Positions 1-15,633 of a stretch of 64,000 nt of DNA are shown here, piece by piece. Position numbers and translations under genes: made by a program. Under the pieces are notes generated by a model. The model ran no database searches, was not told the origin of the DNA, and saw nothing but the letters and a program-made list of their open reading frames with translations. The DNA is from the human T2T-CHM13v2.0 reference genome, Homo sapiens. Numbering within the stretch: the first letter of the stretch is position 1; each line of letters begins with the position of its first letter. The stretch lies in assembly GCF_009914755.1 (NCBI RefSeq), contig NC_060930.1; one strand, written 5' to 3'.

Positions 1-1187
<1,187 letters not shown>

Positions 1188-1289
1188 CTATGACCCTCCA
1201 AAAAAAACCCAAGAAATTTCTCAAGACTTTTTCTTTCCTCCTTCTTTTCCCTTCACTTCTTTACTAAAAAATAAGTTGTAGAGTCATCT

Positions 1290-1968
1290 TGGTGAGCTTA
1301 GCAAGGTAGGCATACATGATGAAGGTGGAGGAGCCACTGTGGGTCCAAGTAGAATGTCAGAGTCTTTGCAGGGTAGAGGGATCACACTCCCAAGTTGTGG
1401 CCTTCTGCAGGGTGTTACAGTTCATCAGGATAAGGAGAATGTCACTGTGGGGGTGTAGCCTGGTATAGGTAGTCAGGGTCCAAACAGAGTGAAGAAGGCA
1501 CCTCACAAGCAGGTGACTCAGGGTGGGGAGTCAAATCCTATGTGGGGTAAGTAAAGCATTCCCAAGTGGTGGTGGCACAGTGTGGGATGTCATAGCCCGA
1601 ATGGAGTGAATAGTGTGTTTCTATGAGAGGAAGTCCAGCATGGGCGTTGGAGCCCAGGCATGAGAAAGAGAGTAAGATGAAATTGGTCCAGCAGGGATTG
1701 GGAACCAGAGCAGGGCAGGAAATGTGTCTTCATAGGGTAAGGGACGGGCATGGGATGGCCCAGCATGGTGTCCTGGGGCGGAGGTCAGATCCTGAAGAGA
1801 GTGAGGAGGATGTCCATGTAGAATATGGCCCAGCATTTGGTGTCAGATTAAAGAGGGGGCATCCATGCAGGGAATACAGGCTGGCACAATGTCTCAGAGC
1901 CCAGAGGGGTAGGAAATGCTTCCATGGCATGGGGTGTTGGGGCCCAAGCAGGATGAGGAGGGCTTCCT
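1290..1968 (+). repeat. Degenerate tandem array of ~45-60-bp units (gtcagagcccaagcagggtgaggagggcatcc-like), probably an internal repeat of an old L1M
   Basis: Recurring variants: gtcagagtctttgcagggtagaggg, gtcagggtccaaacagagtgaagaaggca, gtcagatcctgaagagagtgaggaggatgtcc, gggcccaagcaggatgaggagggcttcc. Confidence 0.5.
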
Positions 1969-2493
1969 CCTCTGTCAAGCTAGAACACATGGTTTCAACT
2001 GCAATTTTGCTCAGGACAAATAACCTACTGAAAATGTGAGTTGAGTTGGAATTTTTCCTAATATATAGCCAGATGTACTGAATTTAAATAGAATGCTTGT
2101 ACAACTTCCACTCAGTAGCACCAGGGAGAGGCAGCTACTGCAAAACCCAGGGGAGCTTCTGGCAGAACCATGAAAGTTGACTTGTCACCACTCAGATTCC
2201 CTTGGTGGATTTGTAGCTACTGGTATCAGTGGGGCTAAATGCCCCATGCAAGATAGAGCTAAGTACTCCAGGACCACCAAAGACTCCAATAATAAAGACA
2301 TAGTTCAGTTTATGAAATTAGGAGACAGGAAATTCTTGGGGAAATGGTAGAAACCAACTTTTTGTATCAATCTACACCTATTGAGATTCTTCCTATCTTG
2401 TAAATATTTCCCATAATTATCATTCTCCCTGGAAACCAATTTCCAAATCTTCTATGCAAATGAAAACTCTTTCTTACCTATGCCCCTGTACAG

Positions 2494-2620
2494 TTTTTCA
2501 AACTTTTCATTATGGAAATTATTAAACATATACAAAAGTAAAGAGAATGACATTATGAACACCTTCTGCCATGTCCCAAATTTCTCAACTTCGACAATTA
2601 CTAACACATGGCCAAACTGG
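2494..2620 (-). mobile_element. L1MC-type 3'-end fragment
   Basis: 'ttttcattatggaaattattaaacatatacaaaagtaaagagaatgacattatgaacacc' resembles the antisense L1MC4/5 3' end. Confidence 0.5.
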
Positions 2621-2724
2621 CCCTCAAAGCCTTCTACTGGTATTCCTTTTTTGACAATTATGATCTGAACCTTGAGTTATTTCTGTATGAACCTCACACA
2701 TCCATCTCCCTTCCCCATCTTCCC

Positions 2725-2830
2725 TAAAATATAACATTCTACAGGACAGAAACTGTATTGTATTCATCAGTGTAATTCTCACTGTATTCAGCAAATCCAT
2801 GGCACATATCTGTTTAATTGAATTGAATTA
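2725..2830 (+). mobile_element. L2 3'-end relic
   Basis: 'aggacagaaactgtattgtattcatcagtgtaattctc..tgtttaattgaattgaatt' with a TGAA-like tail. Confidence 0.4.
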
Positions 2831-2939
2831 ATAGGCATTCAGTGATTCTGTTTGAGTTTTCTTTCTGTAAATACTAGAGGCAGATTTCTTCCCAAGAACG
2901 CCTTACTTTTTAATTTGGAATGAGAAAGTTGTATAGAAA

Positions 2940-3110
2940 CAAAATATAGTGGAGTCAGACTGACTTCAGTCCAAATCATAGCTCCGCAAGTGATATATGT
3001 AATCTTTCTTGCAGCAGGCTACATGACCTTTATGAACCTCAGTTTATCATCTGTAAAATGTAGAACATGAAAATTACTATACATTTTGCTGCAAAAATGA
3101 GATTGTAAAT
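2940..3110 (+). mobile_element. MIR SINE
   Basis: 'tggagtcagactgacttcagtccaaatcatagctc' and core 'aacctcagtttatcatctgtaaaatg'. Confidence 0.75.
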
Positions 3111-4726
3111 GTGTATGTGTGCATTTATCAAATATCATGGCTGTCCAGTAATTTGTAGTTGGAGCAGAGTTAGACTTCAAGAAAGAGAGTGAGGGTCTTT
3201 TATAGCTTTTAGTTAAAAGACCATTCTGAAAAGGTTTCAAGATGGCTTATCAGAAGTGTCTAATATTTGCCTTCTCCAATGAGAACTAAAATAGTGAGCA
3301 GATAATCCCACTTAAAATAGATCATCCAAGAGAGAATATTGGAATTCAATAGAAAAGTGACAGGGAACACCTAAAGCAAGGAAGGAGAGGGAAGGTAGGC
3401 AGTCTGCTCAGTCAGGATTGGCTAAGAGTTATGAGTGACTTCCTGGTGTGAGAAAAGGGCAAATGAGAGACCCCCAGCAGTCCATATTCCCATCATGGAC
3501 TTCTGCAGTCCTAACCATAGGAGAGCCCTAGATCCTTGCAAAACCTGAAACTACCATAGAGAGCTGCCTGTATACCATGTGACTGCACTGGTTCAGGAAG
3601 GAAGCTTGCTCTGGGTCCCACATTCCCCACAGGTTCTAAGCAGTTACAGCAAGGTGCCATTTTGAGAGCCCAGTTCACAATAGACTATGCACTGTCCTGG
3701 GGCCCAGTGGTGCCTGGGCTGAGATGTAAGTAAAACGTGGGCTTCACCAGGGCTGAGGCTGTCACCACCAAGACTGAGGCACAAGTGTTCCCCCTACTCC
3801 AGCATAGGCTGCCACCACTGAAGGCAGCCCCAGCCTTTCCAGTGGTAGGGCCACAACACAGCTGCTTCCATCTCCCACCCAAGCATTCTGTTGGGAAGGC
3901 TGGAAATTGCCCCATCCCTGCCTACCACAGCAGGTGCCTGCACACACCATCAAGAGGCCTGAGTAAAAGGCCACCCCTCCTGGCTTTGCCCCTTCCATGC
4001 CAAATCATGCAGTACAGGGGCCTGGGGTCTGGGGATTGCCCAGACCACTTCACTACTGCTGGCATCTGAGGATCCCTCCCAGGTGCCTGATGTTGGTCCT
4101 ACCCACCCTCTTACTACCACCACAGCTGGCACCTACATGTATATGCTACTTATGGGCTCAGAGACTGGCCAATTCAGCTTATAACAGTCATAGCCAACAT
4201 CAGCACATATCACTTGGGACCCAGAGTGTTTTCCCACCGCTATTGATGCCATCACTCAAACCATGCTGGCTGCCCAGGGACCCAAGAACCTGCCCACCTG
4301 CCTGGCCTTCTGCTGCCTCTACTGTCTTTCAAGCAAGCCATCTAGAGGCCCAAGAATTGGCCCACCTAGGCCTGTTGACACTGGTGCCAGTGAACGCTGC
4401 CCTGGGGTCAAAGAACAAGAACACTCAGTCCACTGCTGCCACCACTAGGGCCTAAAGATTGGCCATCTGGCACCCCAATTCCCAGCAAAACTTCACCACA
4501 GCCTCCACTAATAAAGTCACCTTAAGCCACTGAGGAAATCATAAACACCACTGACAGCTGTTTCTTCAGCTTAAGAAATCATACAGAGACCACTACTACT
4601 AATGCATGTGCACAGAATCAAAGCCAAAGTGCCATACCAAACCAACACCATAGATACATTTTCAGGAAAAAGTCCTCCCCTACAAAAGCAAATTCAAAAC
4701 ACTGGAAGAAGTAACTGTTACACCAG

Positions 4727-6060
<1,334 letters not shown>

Positions 6061-6219
6061 AATGTATGAAAATATAAAAACTACTGGTAAAGCAGACACA
6101 CAAACAAGGAAAAGACCCAAATGTTACTATTACAGGCAACCACCAACTATAACGGTAAATAAGAAGAGAGAAAGAAAGGAACAAATGATTTTCAAAACAA
6201 CCAGAAATTATTTAATAAA

Positions 6220-9200
6220 ATGACAGGAATAAACTGTCACATATTGGTAATAAACTTGAATGTGAATAAATCAAATTTTCCACTTAAAAAGCATAGATAG
6301 GTTGAATAGATTTTAAATATGACCCAACTATATGCTTCCTACAAGAAACCAATCTCACCTGTAAAGACATATAGACTGAAAATAAAGGGATGGAAAAAGA
6401 TATTTTATGCAAATTGAAACCAAAAGTGAGCAGGAATAGCCACACTTATACCAGATAAAACAGACTGTAAGTCAAAAACAATAAAAAGTGACAAAGAAGG
6501 TCATTATATAATGACAAAGGGATCAATTCAGCAAGAGGATATAATAATTCTAAACATGCACTCAATACCAAAGCACCCGGATATATAAAACAAATATTAT
6601 TAGATTTAAAGGGAGACGTAGACTCCAATACAATCATACTTTGGGACTTCAACGTCCCACTCTCAGCATTAAACAGATTATCTAGACAAAATTAACAAAG
6701 AAACATTGAATTTAGACCAAATGGACCTAACAGACATTTATAGAACATTTCACTCAACAGATACAGAATACAAATTTTTCTTATCAGCACATGGAACATT
6801 CTCCAAGACAGATTGTATGTTAGAAAAAAAACAAGTCTCAAAAATTTTCTTTAAATAGAAATCATATTAAGTATGTTCTCAGACCACAGTGGAACCAAAC
6901 TACAAATTAATAACATGAGGAACTTTGGAAACTGAACAAATAAATGAAAATTAAACAACATGTACCTGAATGATCACATCAAGATAAAAATTAAAAAGGA
7001 AATAAAATTTATTGCAACAAATTAAAGTAAAACACAACATATCAAAACCTGTGGGATACAGCAAAAGCAGTCCTAACAGTTTATATCAATATATGCCTAC
7101 ATCAAAAAAGTAGAATGACTTCAAATAAATGATCTAACAATGCACTTCCAGGATCTAGAAAAGCAAGAACAAACCAAACCCCAAATTAGCAAAAGGGAAT
7201 AAACGAAGATCAGAGCAGAACTAAATGAAATAGAGACTAAGAAATACAAAGGATTGGCCCGCACAGTGGCTCATGCCTGTAATCCCAGCACTTTGGGAGG
7301 CTGAAGTGGGAGGATCACTTGAGCCAGGAGTTCAGGACCAGCCTGGCCAACATAACAAAACCCTGTCTCTACTAAAAATAGAAAAAAATTAGCTGGGCGT
7401 GGTAGTGTACGCCTGTAATCTCAGCTACTCAGGAAGCTGAGGCATGAGGATTGCTGCAACCTGGGTGGTGGAGGTGGCAGTGAGGTGGAGGTGGAGGTGG
7501 CAGGATCATACCACTGCACTCCAGCCTGGGCAACAAAGTGAGACTCTATCTCAAAAAATAAAATAAAATAAAAATAAAAAAGGAAATACAAAAGATCAAT
7601 TAAGTGAAAAGTTGGTTCTTCAAAAAGATAAACAAAATTGATAAACTGCTAACTAGACTAAACAAGAAAAGGAGAGAGAAGACCCAAATAAACAAAATCA
7701 AAAATGAATAAGGAGACATTACATCTGACACCACAGAAATCAAACATCATCAAAGACTATTATGAACAACTATATGCCAATGAACTGGAAAACCTAGAGG
7801 AAATGGATAAACCCATAGACACATACCTGCTACCAATATTGAATCAGGAAGAAATGGAAAACCTGATCAAACCAGTTATAAAAAGTCTCCCAACAAAGCA
7901 AACTCCAGGACTGGATGGCTTCACTGATGAATTTTACTCAACTTTTAAAGGAGGACTAATACCAATTTTCCTCAAGCTATTCTAAAAAATTGAATAGAGA
8001 ATTCAAAAACTCATTGTATGACGTCAGCATTACCCTGATACCAAACTAGACAAGAGCACAACAAAGAAAGAAAACTACAGACCAATATACCTGATGAATA
8101 CAGATGCAAAAATCCTTGACAAAATACTAGCAAATGGAATCCAACAGCTCATCAAAGAAATAATACACCATGATCAAGTGAGATTTATCCCAGGGATGCA
8201 AGGATGGGTCAACGTGCAAATCAATAAATGTTATATATCACATCAACAGAATGAAGGACAAAAACCATATGATCCTCTTGATAGACACAGAAAAAGCATT
8301 AGATAAGATTCAACATCACTTCGTGACAAAAACTCTCAACAAACTATGCATAGAAGGAATGTACCTCAACATATTAAAGGCCATGTATGACAAGCCCACA
8401 GCCAAAATCATACTGAATAGGGAAAGGCTGAAAGCCTTTCCTCTAATATTTGCAATAAAGCAAATATGCCCACATTCACCACTCCTATTCAGCATAGTAC
8501 TGGAAGTCCTAGCCAGAGCAATCAGGCAAAAGAAAAAAATAAAAGGCATCCAAATTGGAAAAAAGGTAAGTCAAATTTTTCCTCTTTGTTGATGATATGG
8601 TTAATATCTAGAAAAACCTGAAAACAACAAAAAACTCTTTCATTGATAAATTCAGTAATGTTGCAAGATACAACATGAATATGCAAAAATCAGTAGCTTC
8701 TTATACACCAATAACAGTGAAGCAGAGAACCAAATCAAGAAGGTAATCCTATTTACAATTGCTACAAAAAATATAACAAAATACCTGAGGACAAATTTAA
8801 CCAAGGAGGTGAAAGATTTCTACAAGGAAAACTACAAAGCATTGATAAAAGACATTGAAGAGGACACAAACAAATGGGAAAACATCCCATGCTTATGAAT
8901 CAAAATAATTAATATTATTAAAATGACCACATTGCCCAAAGCAATCCACAGATTTAATGCAATCTCTTTCAACACACCAATGTTATTTTTCATAGAATTA
9001 GAAAAGACAATCTTCAAATTAATATGAAACCATAAAAAGAGCCAAAATAGCCTAAGAAAAAAAAGAAAGAAAGAAATTCCAAGCAAAATAAACAGAGCTG
9101 GAGGTGTCACACTACCTGGCTTCAAAGTATATTACAAGGGTATAGTAACCAAAATAGTATGGCATTTATATAAAAACAGACATATAGACCAATGGAACAG

Positions 9201-10310
9201 AATAGAGAACTATAAATAAGTCCATGTGTTTACAGCCAGCTGATTTTCAACAAAGGCACCAAGAACATGCATTGGGGAAAGAACAGTCTTTTCAATAAAT
9301 TGTGCTGAGAAAATTGGATATCCGTTATGTAGAGAAATGAAACTGGAACCCTATCTCTCACCATATACAGAAATCAAATCAAGATGGATTAAAGACTGAA
9401 ATGTAATACCTGAAACTATAAAACTAATAGAACAAAACATAGGGAAAACAATTTAGGACACTGGTCTAGGCAAAGATTTTATGGCTAAGACTGCAACAAC
9501 ACGGACAACATACACAAAAATAGACAAATGGGATTATATTAAACTAAAATCCTTCTGCACAGAAAAGGGAACAATCAACAGAGTGGACAGACAACCTGTT
9601 GAATGGGAGAAAATATTTGCAAACTATTCATCTGACAAAGAACTAATATCTAGAGTATACCAGGAACTCAAACAACTCATCAATCAAAAAAAAAACAAAT
9701 AACTCATTAAAAAGAGGACAAAGTACATGAATAGACATTTCTCAAAGGAATATATACATATAACCAACAGGTACATGAAAAAATGCTCACCATCACTAAT
9801 CATCAGATAAATACAAATCAAACTTACAATGAGATATCATCTTATACCAGTTAGAGTGGTCATTAAAAAGACAAAAAAATAATAGATTCTGGCGAGGGTG
9901 TAAAGGGAACTCTTATACACTATAGGTGGGAATGTAAATGAGTACAACCACTATGGAAAACAGTATGGAGATTTCTCAAAACAACTAAAAATAGAATTAC
10001 CATGTGATCCAGAAATCCCACTACTGAGTATTTTCCAAAGGAAAAGAAATCAGTATATCAAAGGGACACCTGCACTCACATGTTTATCACAGCATATTCA
10101 CAATAGCAAAGATATGGAATCAACCTAAATACCCATCAACAGATGAATAAATAAGGAAAATGTGGTATATACACACATTGGAATACTATTCAGTCATAAA
10201 AATGAATGAAATGATTTGCAACAACATGGTTGAAAATGGAGGCTATTGTGTTAACTGAAATAAGCCAGGTACAGAAAATCAAATACCATATGTTTTCACT
10301 CGTATGTGGG
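6220..10310 (+). pseudogene. L1 ORF2 remnant (endonuclease, RT, C-terminal part) with many stops and frameshifts
   Basis: ATG at 6220; fragments '[22 protein letters not shown]', '[12 protein letters not shown]', '[16 protein letters not shown]', '[15 protein letters not shown]'. Confidence 0.88.
7256..7580 (+). mobile_element. Alu (AluJ/old AluS-type) inside L1 ORF2, with an internal GGAGGT(GG) expansion
   Basis: Alu arms and (AAAAT)n tail; degenerate TSD aagaaatacaaaggatt (7239-7255) / aggaaatacaaaagatc (7581-7597). Confidence 0.95.
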
Positions 10311-11315
10311 AGTTAAAAAAGTTGATCTCGCGAAGGTAGAGAATAAAATGACAGATACCAGAGCCTGGGAAAAATGTGTGGGTGGGAGTGGGGAGGAAGG
10401 AAGATGGGTTAATGGGTACAGACATACAGTTAGAATAAATAATTTCTAATGGTCAACAGTAGAGTAGGGTAACTATAGTTGGCAATAATGTATTATATAT
10501 ATCAAAGCAGCTAAAGGAGGACTTGAAATATTCCCAACACATAGGAATGATAAACACTCAAGATGATGGGTATCCCAGCTTGATCATTACACATTCCATG
10601 CATGTAATAAAATTTCACATGTACCCCATAAGTATGTAAAAAATTATGTATCAATTTAAAAGACCATTCCTAGGAACACTCCCAAAAGCCTTGGGGTCCA
10701 AACAAACCACTTGCCCAGTAGAAAATGCTGAGCCAGGTTTTGGAGTCCATTTGAATGGGAGAAATGACTACCAACTATGTTTCTCAGCTTGAGGACTCTG
10801 CTGACATACATTTAATTGCATTAGCCAAAAATTTTTTTGAAGTAAAAGAAAACTGCAACTCTTTTAATAATTCATTTTCAAAATATTATTTCCCAGAGAC
10901 TGTAGTAATTATAATAATGTGGCAACTATACCCACCTCTTCTTGATAAATCACCCAAAATGTATTAACTTTTAGTAGTATATATTTATGGCAAGCCATAT
11001 TTATGTATTCATATTTACTGGTATACTTTGCCTAGTGTGTAGGCTTTGCAACTGGTAGATATGCCTGAAATAATTCTTATTAGCCACAAAATTTTCTCTA
11101 ATTTTGCTGAATTTTAAGTTGACAGCATAGCTATAGGAGAGAAACTGTCAATAATCATTTGCTGTAAATTTTAATTGGTTTCCAATTCAGTTGTGTGAAA
11201 TAGATTTTCAAAGATTATTTAATTATATGAGATCTATATCTCATATTAAAAGGACATATCTTGCTATGATTCAGTGCGATCAGAGGAGAAAGAGCTTGAG
11301 CAAAGGATGGGTATA

Positions 11316-12180
11316 TCAAAAATTAACTCAAGATGGATTAAAGACTTAAATGTAAAACCCAAAACCATAAAAACCCTAGAAGAAAACCTAGGCAACACCA
11401 TTCAAAATGTAGGCATGGGCAAAGACTTCATGACAAAAATGCCAAAAGCAATTGCAACAAAATCCAAAATAGACAAATGGGATCTAATTAAACTGAAGAG
11501 CTTCTGCACAGCAAAAAAAGCTATTGTCAGAGTGATCAGGCAACCTGAAGAATGGGAGAAAATTTTTGCAATCTACCCATCCGACAAAGGTCTAATATCC
11601 AGGATTTACAAGGAACTTAAACATATTTACAAGAGAAAAACACCCCCATCAAAAAGTGGGCAAAGGATATGAACAGACACTTCCTAAAAGAAGACATTTA
11701 TATGCCCAACAAAATGACGAAAAAAAAGCTCAACATCACTGATCATCAGGGAAATGCAAATCAAAACCACATACTATCTCATGCTAGTCAGAACGGTAAT
11801 TATTAAAAAGTCAGGAAACAATAGATGCTGGAGAGGCTATGGAAAAATAGGAGTGCTTTTACACTGTTGGTGGGAATGTAATTTAGTTCAACCATTGTGG
11901 AAGACAGTATGGTGATTCCTCAAGGATCTAGAACCAGAAATACCATTTGACCTGGCAATCCCATTACTGGGTATATACCCAAATGAATAAAAATCATTCT
12001 ACGTGTCTATAAAGACACATGCACATGTATGTTTATTGCAGCACTATTTACAATAGCAAAGACATGGAACCAACCCAAATGCCCACGAATGATAGACCAC
12101 CATGGCACACATATACCTATGTAACAAACCTGCACGTTCTGCACATGCATCCAGTTCTTTTTTTAGAAGAAATTAAAGAA
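11316..12180 (+). mobile_element. 5'-truncated L1PA (L1PA7/8-like) with an internal deletion near 12097
   Basis: ORF2 C-terminal peptide '[24 protein letters not shown]..'; TSD aaaggatgg(g/t)tata at 11302-11315 and 12181-12194. Confidence 0.92.
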
Positions 12181-12717
12181 AAAGGATGGTTATACAAAGT
12201 ACAGGCTTAGAAGAATTTTTGTTTTTAATTTCAAGGACCCTGCACCACTCATTTCATTCATGTGGATCCATTGCAGCATCAGAGGGGCCATAATCCATAA
12301 TACCTCACAGTCTGGGAAAGCAGAAATACATTTTGTTTTGTTTTTTTCTTCTTAAGGCCCAGTTGGCAAAGCACAGGCCCCAGCTGGCTGCACATGATCA
12401 TTCATGGAGTCCTTCATCATGCTTGCTGGAGAACGAGAACAGGAGTGGGAACAGGAGCCACAGATAAGGGCTGTTCATGCATGTGTCCCTTATGGCTCAC
12501 AGCGTAGTTCCTGATGTGGCCTGGTTTTTTGTAAGCTTCAGAACAGAACGAACTCAGATAGGATGGATCACACTCACCAACCTGCCACCTTCCTAATCTG
12601 CACAGGCTGGGGGAGCCAAGTGTGTGTGCATGAGGAGTAAGATGACATGGTGCCCATTCCTGCGATGGGGAAAAGACTGTCTTTTAGACTTTCCTCTCTG
12701 GATCTCCATTTTGTTCC

Positions 12718-12763
12718 TTGGTTAATGGGTACAAACATACAGTTAGATAGAATAAATAAGTCT
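12718..12763 (+). mobile_element. Tiny isolated L1MA 3'UTR fragment
   Basis: 'ggttaatgggtacaaacatacagttagatagaataaataag' matches the L1MA 3'UTR at about 10408-10445. Confidence 0.65.
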
Positions 12764-13684
12764 TCCTCTTTCCCCACACCTTCATAGACCTCCTTCACAC
12801 ATTTGAGGTTGGCTGGACATATGCACTATACAATGGATCCAAACATTACCAGGTGACTTCAACAACCCCCTTACCCTAGCCTCCAATGAGTAGACTTTTG
12901 TCATTGTCGCCTTTCCTTGTTGCATCCTCATTAAAGCATCTGCATACCACTCCTCTCCACTACTCACCAATTTATTCAGATGACAGTAGATCTACCCGTC
13001 TAAGCGTGCCATAACCCACCATCCAGGGATCTCTGCACTACTGTCAGGGCAACAGGGCATTTCTGTATCCTCTCCATGGTGGGCTACATGGGCAATCTGG
13101 GGATGGGAGACTGCCTCCGGCTCCTTCTGCCTCAGTACTTCACTCAGCCACTTCTATTCTGCTGAAGCTTCCCCATGCTGTGTAGTGGACTCCTCAGAAG
13201 GCCTGAATTTAGAGACAAAGTGAGAGACCCCAACTCCAGTCCCTCTACCTCCAGCTTCATTCTCCCATCATCAGGGACTTGCACCAAAGCAAGGCAGGAT
13301 ACAATCCCCTCCCTGAGAATTCACCAGCATCTAAAGCTCAGACCAACCCACATCTGGCACTATTATTCCAATCACTGGCAAATATTTCTGCCTCCTATTG
13401 TGTGGGAAGACTGTGCAGCATCATCCATTCTTTCCCACTCCATTCCCATATATTTTATGCCCCCAGTTCTCTAGATATTTTGCCTCCTTGTAATCAGCAT
13501 CAAGCTTACGAACCCCAAAATAAAATTTCCCCCCAAACTCCCCCAGCTCTTGCCATTTAAAAGCCACAGCTTTCAATACTGTTGTGTCTGCCATAGAAAC
13601 TCAGAGCCAAGAATTTGACTCTATTCTTGGCTAATCACCCCTTCTCCTTTTTACAGAGGGCTCTGTATAAAGAATGCCATTGAC

Positions 13685-14028
<344 letters not shown>

Positions 14029-14259
14029 TCATAAAGTCATGAGTACAAGGAATCTCCAGGGAAAGAACCTCAAGTAATAGCTCAAATTCAAGGAATAGCT
14101 CAAATATACATTTCAAATTACACTGGACTCCTTTCCAGCACCAACCCTTAACTCTAACCCCCAGGCTGAATGCTTTATGTCAGGAAGGGGATCTGATTAA
14201 GTTACAGTGTTAGAGTCTACCAAGGACGTGGCTGCTTTTTTGCCTTTTCATATTGGCCC

Positions 14260-14733
14260 TGTATTCATTTCCTGTGGCTGCCATAACAAAGTATCATAAA
14301 CTGGTGGCTTAAACAACAGAAATGTATTGTCCCACAGTCCTGGAGGCAAGAAGTCTGAGATGACGTTGTTGGCAGGGTTGGTTCCTTCTGTGGCCATGAG
14401 GGAGAATCTGCTCCATGTCGCTGTTCTAGCTTCTGGTGGTTTTCTGGCAATCTCTTGCATTCCTTGCTTGGCTTGTAGATGGTGTTCTCTCTTTGTCTTC
14501 ACATTGTCTTCCCTCTGTACATGCCTTATTCTCTTCACAGGATGGTCTATTTTAGAAGGACACCAGTCATATTAAATTAGGAAACTACTCTTCTCCAGTG
14601 TGACCTCATCTCAAAGTAATTACATCTGCAATGACTCTATTTTCAAATAATGTTACATTATGAGGTACTAGGGGGCTAAGACTTCACATATACGAGTATG
14701 GTGGAGTAGGAGGGCACAATTCAACCCACAACA
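14260..14733 (-). mobile_element. MaLR solo LTR (MLT1B/C-like)
   Basis: Termini tgtattcatttcctgtggctgccataacaaa .. gggcacaattcaacccacaaca. Confidence 0.88.
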
Positions 14734-14956
14734 AAGCCTTTTCTCTTCCTTCAGCTGCTCTGAACAGTGTGTGAATTGAAAGACTTCTGATTTCAGGTTG
14801 TCTCTTGCTACTTATCTCATTAGAGAGAAGCATCCTCTCAGTCTCAGCCTTGTCATACAGGATAGCAGTGCTTCTAAATCAGTGGCACCTGGGATCTGAA
14901 ATACTTACTTGAAGATTTATTGATTCATAATTAATTATAAGAAGATCAAGAAGAGT

Positions 14957-15103
14957 GGCCAGGTGTGGTGGCTCATGCCTGTAATCCCAGCAATTTAGGA
15001 GGGTAAGGCAAAAAGATCGCTTGAGTGCAGGAGTTTGACACCAGCCTGGGCAACATAGTGAAACCTTGTCTCTCCAGAAAAAAAAAAAAAAAAAAAAAAA
15101 AAG
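14957..15103 (+). mobile_element. Free left Alu monomer (FLAM-C-like)
   Basis: Single Alu arm plus A tail; perfect 16-bp TSD gaagatcaagaagagt at 14941-14956 and 15104-15119. Confidence 0.93.
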
Positions 15104-15633
15104 GAAGATCAAGAAGAGTGTCTGCCCTGGTGTTTAATTCATATTTAATTTGACTTCATTCCGGTGCCCATGAGGTTCATATTTAGTTTTCTTTTTCTCG
15201 TAATCCTAACTTCACGCACTCATTTAGTTTAGCTCACAATTAAATACAATTTATATTCAGCTGCAATTCCAATGACTAATTAAGCCAAGCCTATGGCATA
15301 ATGCCTGGTAGTAGCTGGTAACCTGGCATGAGTGGGCAGGTGCCTAAGAAGTCCTGGAGCCAGCTAAGGTAACACTTTTTGTTTCCCCTCTTGAAATTGT
15401 AGACAAGCCAAACTTGTTGTGCCAAACTTGTGTAATCCTTTCAGTCTGTAGATCTGAGCCTGAGAGCTCAGGCTCTAATAGATTAATGGGCCAGTATTTC
15501 TAATACATCTATGTTCTCATTGTTTACTTATCTTCCAGCACAGAGTTGTTGGAGCAGATGCTGATACCAGGAGTTTTCTTATCTTTAGATGGAGTAACAA
15601 CCTCTTTTCATGGCAGAAAGGGGGTAATGAATG

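Noticed and set aside
3685-4455. Cluster of 60-150-aa ORFs
   Set aside because: They lie in the GC-richer L1 5'UTR and show no recognisable protein similarity
10960-11300. AT-rich stretch resembling a 3'UTR or processed-pseudogene remnant
   Set aside because: No ORF, poly(A) tail, TSD or recognisable parent gene; it cannot be supported without a database search
14140-14162. Telomere-like 'aacccttaactctaaccc'
   Set aside because: Too short and degenerate to call an interstitial telomeric repeat
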